32,000 nucleotides of DNA from Candidatus Saccharimonadota bacterium. GTDB lineage: Bacteria > Patescibacteriota > Saccharimonadia > Saccharimonadales > UBA4665. A program made the translations under genes and the position numbers. The notes beneath the pieces are model-generated. The model made no database searches. It was not told where the DNA came from and worked only from the letters and a program-made list of their open reading frames with translations. The DNA lies in contig CP025011.1 in NCBI GenBank assembly GCA_002952755.1, positions 510,001 to 542,000 on the forward strand, in the 5' to 3' direction. Shown one piece after another: positions 30,713 through 32,000 of the stretch (position 1 is the first letter of the stretch; the number at the start of each line of letters is the position of its first letter).

Positions 30713-32000
30713 ATGAGTTCGCTCCAAAAGAAAATAATATTACTGGTAGCATGCCTGACTAATTTTATGGTTGTGCTGGATATCGCCATCGTAAACGTCG
30801 CACTGCCAACTATGAAACTCGACCTTCACTTAAGCCAGAGCGTACTGCAGTGGATCGTCATCGCCTATGGACTACTGCTCGGTGGTTTTTTGCTGCTCGG
30901 TGGCCGGCTGGGCGACTTGCTTGGTAAGCGCCGGGTGCTACTCACTGGCTTGGGTTTCTTTACGATTGCTTCGCTCGTGGCTGGTTTGTCGCACTCTATC
31001 CAGCTTCTGTTGATTTCTCGCGGCGTGCAGGGTTTTGGGGCGGCTCTAATGGCCCCTTCGGCTCTATCAATCATCGCTTCCACCTTTACTGAAGGGGCGG
31101 AGCGCAATGCCGCTTTAGGTATCTTTGGAGCTGTAGGTGGGACCTCGGCCTCTGTAGGAGTTATTGCCAGCGGTCTGCTTACGGACGGCCCTGGATGGCG
31201 TTGGATCTTTTTTATGAATGTACCAATTGGCATATTACTAACTGCCATGGCCATAAAGTTCTTGCCAAAAGATCAGCGCATGACGCAACCCCGACGGTTT
31301 GATGCGCTTGGGGCAACCACGGTTACCTCGGCCCTGCTGCTGCTTGTATATGCCTTGAACAAGGGTGCGGACTTTGGATGGACCTCACATTCGACCCTTT
31401 GGCTGTTCGGCGGCAGCCTTGCGCTGCTCGGCCTATTCGCCTGGGTTGAGTCTCGGTCGAAGTCGCCGCTGCTGCCTGGAAATGTCTTTAAGAATCGCGA
31501 CATGGTAGCGGCAGATGTAAGTGCATTGCTCATCTTTGGCGCATTCTTCGCCTTCATTTTTATCGGTAGCCTGCTTATGCAGCAAGGATTTGGGTACAGC
31601 CCGGTCAAGACAGGTGTATCCTGGCTGGCGACATCTATTATAGCCTTTATAGTCGCCGGACTGACGGGTACTAAGCTGATTGCTGCATTCGGTGTCCGCA
31701 AGCTGTTACTTAGTGGTATCTTTTTGCTCGTCGTGGCGATGAGCCTGCTTGCCAGAATACCGGTGAGCGCGAGCTATCTTAAGGATGTTTTCCCCGCGTT
31801 CGTTCTGGCTGGCATTACTATCGGTTTGGTCGCTCCTTCGCTACAAATTTCGGCCATGACCAAAGCTAAAGATTCTGAGACAGGCCTGGCAGCGGGATTG
31901 GTGGAAATGATGCGCGAGATTGGTGGAGCTATGGCGATCGCAGGTGTATCAACCATCCTAGCTACGCATATAAAAACGGCTGCTATGATAGCTAATCCCA
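30713..32000 (+). CDS. MFS transporter, DHA2 (EmrB/QacA-like) drug:H+ antiporter family; 3' end lies outside the window
   Basis: I translated this by hand: ATG 30713 opens a frame with no stop through 32000 (MSSLQKKIILLVACLTNFMVVLDIAIVNVALPTM...). MFS motif A is GGRLGDLLGKRRVLL. It is absent from the ORF track because it is open-ended, so the minus-strand ORFs 30865..31956 are shadows. Confidence 0.85.
   Translation, partial: MSSLQKKIILLVACLTNFMVVLDIAIVNVALPTMKLDLHLSQSVLQWIVIAYGLLLGGFLLLGGRLGDLLGKRRVLLTGLGFFTIASLVAGLSHSIQLLLISRGVQGFGAALMAPSALSIIASTFTEGAERNAALGIFGAVGGTSASVGVIASGLLTDGPGWRWIFFMNVPIGILLTAMAIKFLPKDQRMTQPRRFDALGATTVTSALLLLVYALNKGADFGWTSHSTLWLFGGSLALLGLFAWVESRSKSPLLPGNVFKNRDMVAADVSALLIFGAFFAFIFIGSLLMQQGFGYSPVKTGVSWLATSIIAFIVAGLTGTKLIAAFGVRKLLLSGIFLLVVAMSLLARIPVSASYLKDVFPAFVLAGITIGLVAPSLQISAMTKAKDSETGLAAGLVEMMREIGGAMAIAGVSTILATHIKTAAMIANP

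Noticed and set aside
30865-31956. Three minus-strand ORFs (30865..31254, 31273..31701, 31774..31956) listed in the track
   Set aside because: The plus strand carries an uninterrupted MFS (DHA2) reading frame from 30713 to the window end, with clear motif A and TM periodicity. The minus ORFs are Pro/Ser/Ala-rich shadows.
1-32000. A search by eye for tRNA, rRNA, tmRNA, SRP RNA, RNase P, CRISPR repeats, transposase or integrase genes, and toxin-antitoxin pairs
   Set aside because: I could find no T-loop (GTTCGAATC-like) context, SRP helix-8 motif, regular repeat-spacer array or recombinase-like ORF. Absence is not proven without tRNAscan-SE, Infernal or HMM scans.

Overview
This 32-kb window looks chromosomal. 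It holds about 40 protein genes. I recognise no rRNA, tRNA, CRISPR array, transposase or phage gene.

Gene content:
- Left third (1.7-7 kb): housekeeping genes rpmF, nusB, a Nudix hydrolase, rnc, rpsP, a KH-domain protein and trmD. rimM and rplS, which usually accompany rpsP and trmD, are absent.
- Middle (7-23.5 kb): an oxygen, metal and envelope block. It contains Ni-superoxide dismutase sodN with its maturation protease sodX, a TroA/ZnuA-type metal ABC importer, a Crp/Fnr regulator, a CHASE histidine kinase with a stand-alone receiver, GtrA with a large membrane protein fused to a PIG-L deacetylase, and a complete cyoABCDE quinol-oxidase operon.
- Right third: small accessory genes, namely DUF2277, a VOC/glyoxalase protein, tatA, a Ser/Thr/Pro-rich membrane protein, a secreted protein with a tandem domain duplication, a HAD hydrolase, tag, and a divergent HxlR-MFS pair. 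The MFS gene runs off the window end and is missing from the ORF track.

Gene content and promoter style suggest a Gram-positive-type lineage, possibly small-genome (Saccharibacteria-like or actinobacteria-like). That placement is inference only.

Main findings:
1. Three copies of a 47-48 nt conserved core sit at the apex of 28-31 bp perfect inverted repeats. The arm sequences are unrelated between copies. All three copies begin 0-18 nt after a stop codon, the inner hairpin of the core shows compensatory changes, and two copies bracket a single gene in opposite orientation. I cannot assign the element to any family I know.
2. Ten genes carry a TAnnnT -10 hexamer exactly 6-7 nt upstream of the ATG, which suggests widespread leaderless mRNAs.
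3. The gap where rimM would normally lie contains a promoter, hairpins and a terminator, so it may encode a small RNA.
4. A 33-nt repeat occurs just after two stop codons.
5. A protein at the left edge is built almost entirely of 11-residue repeats.
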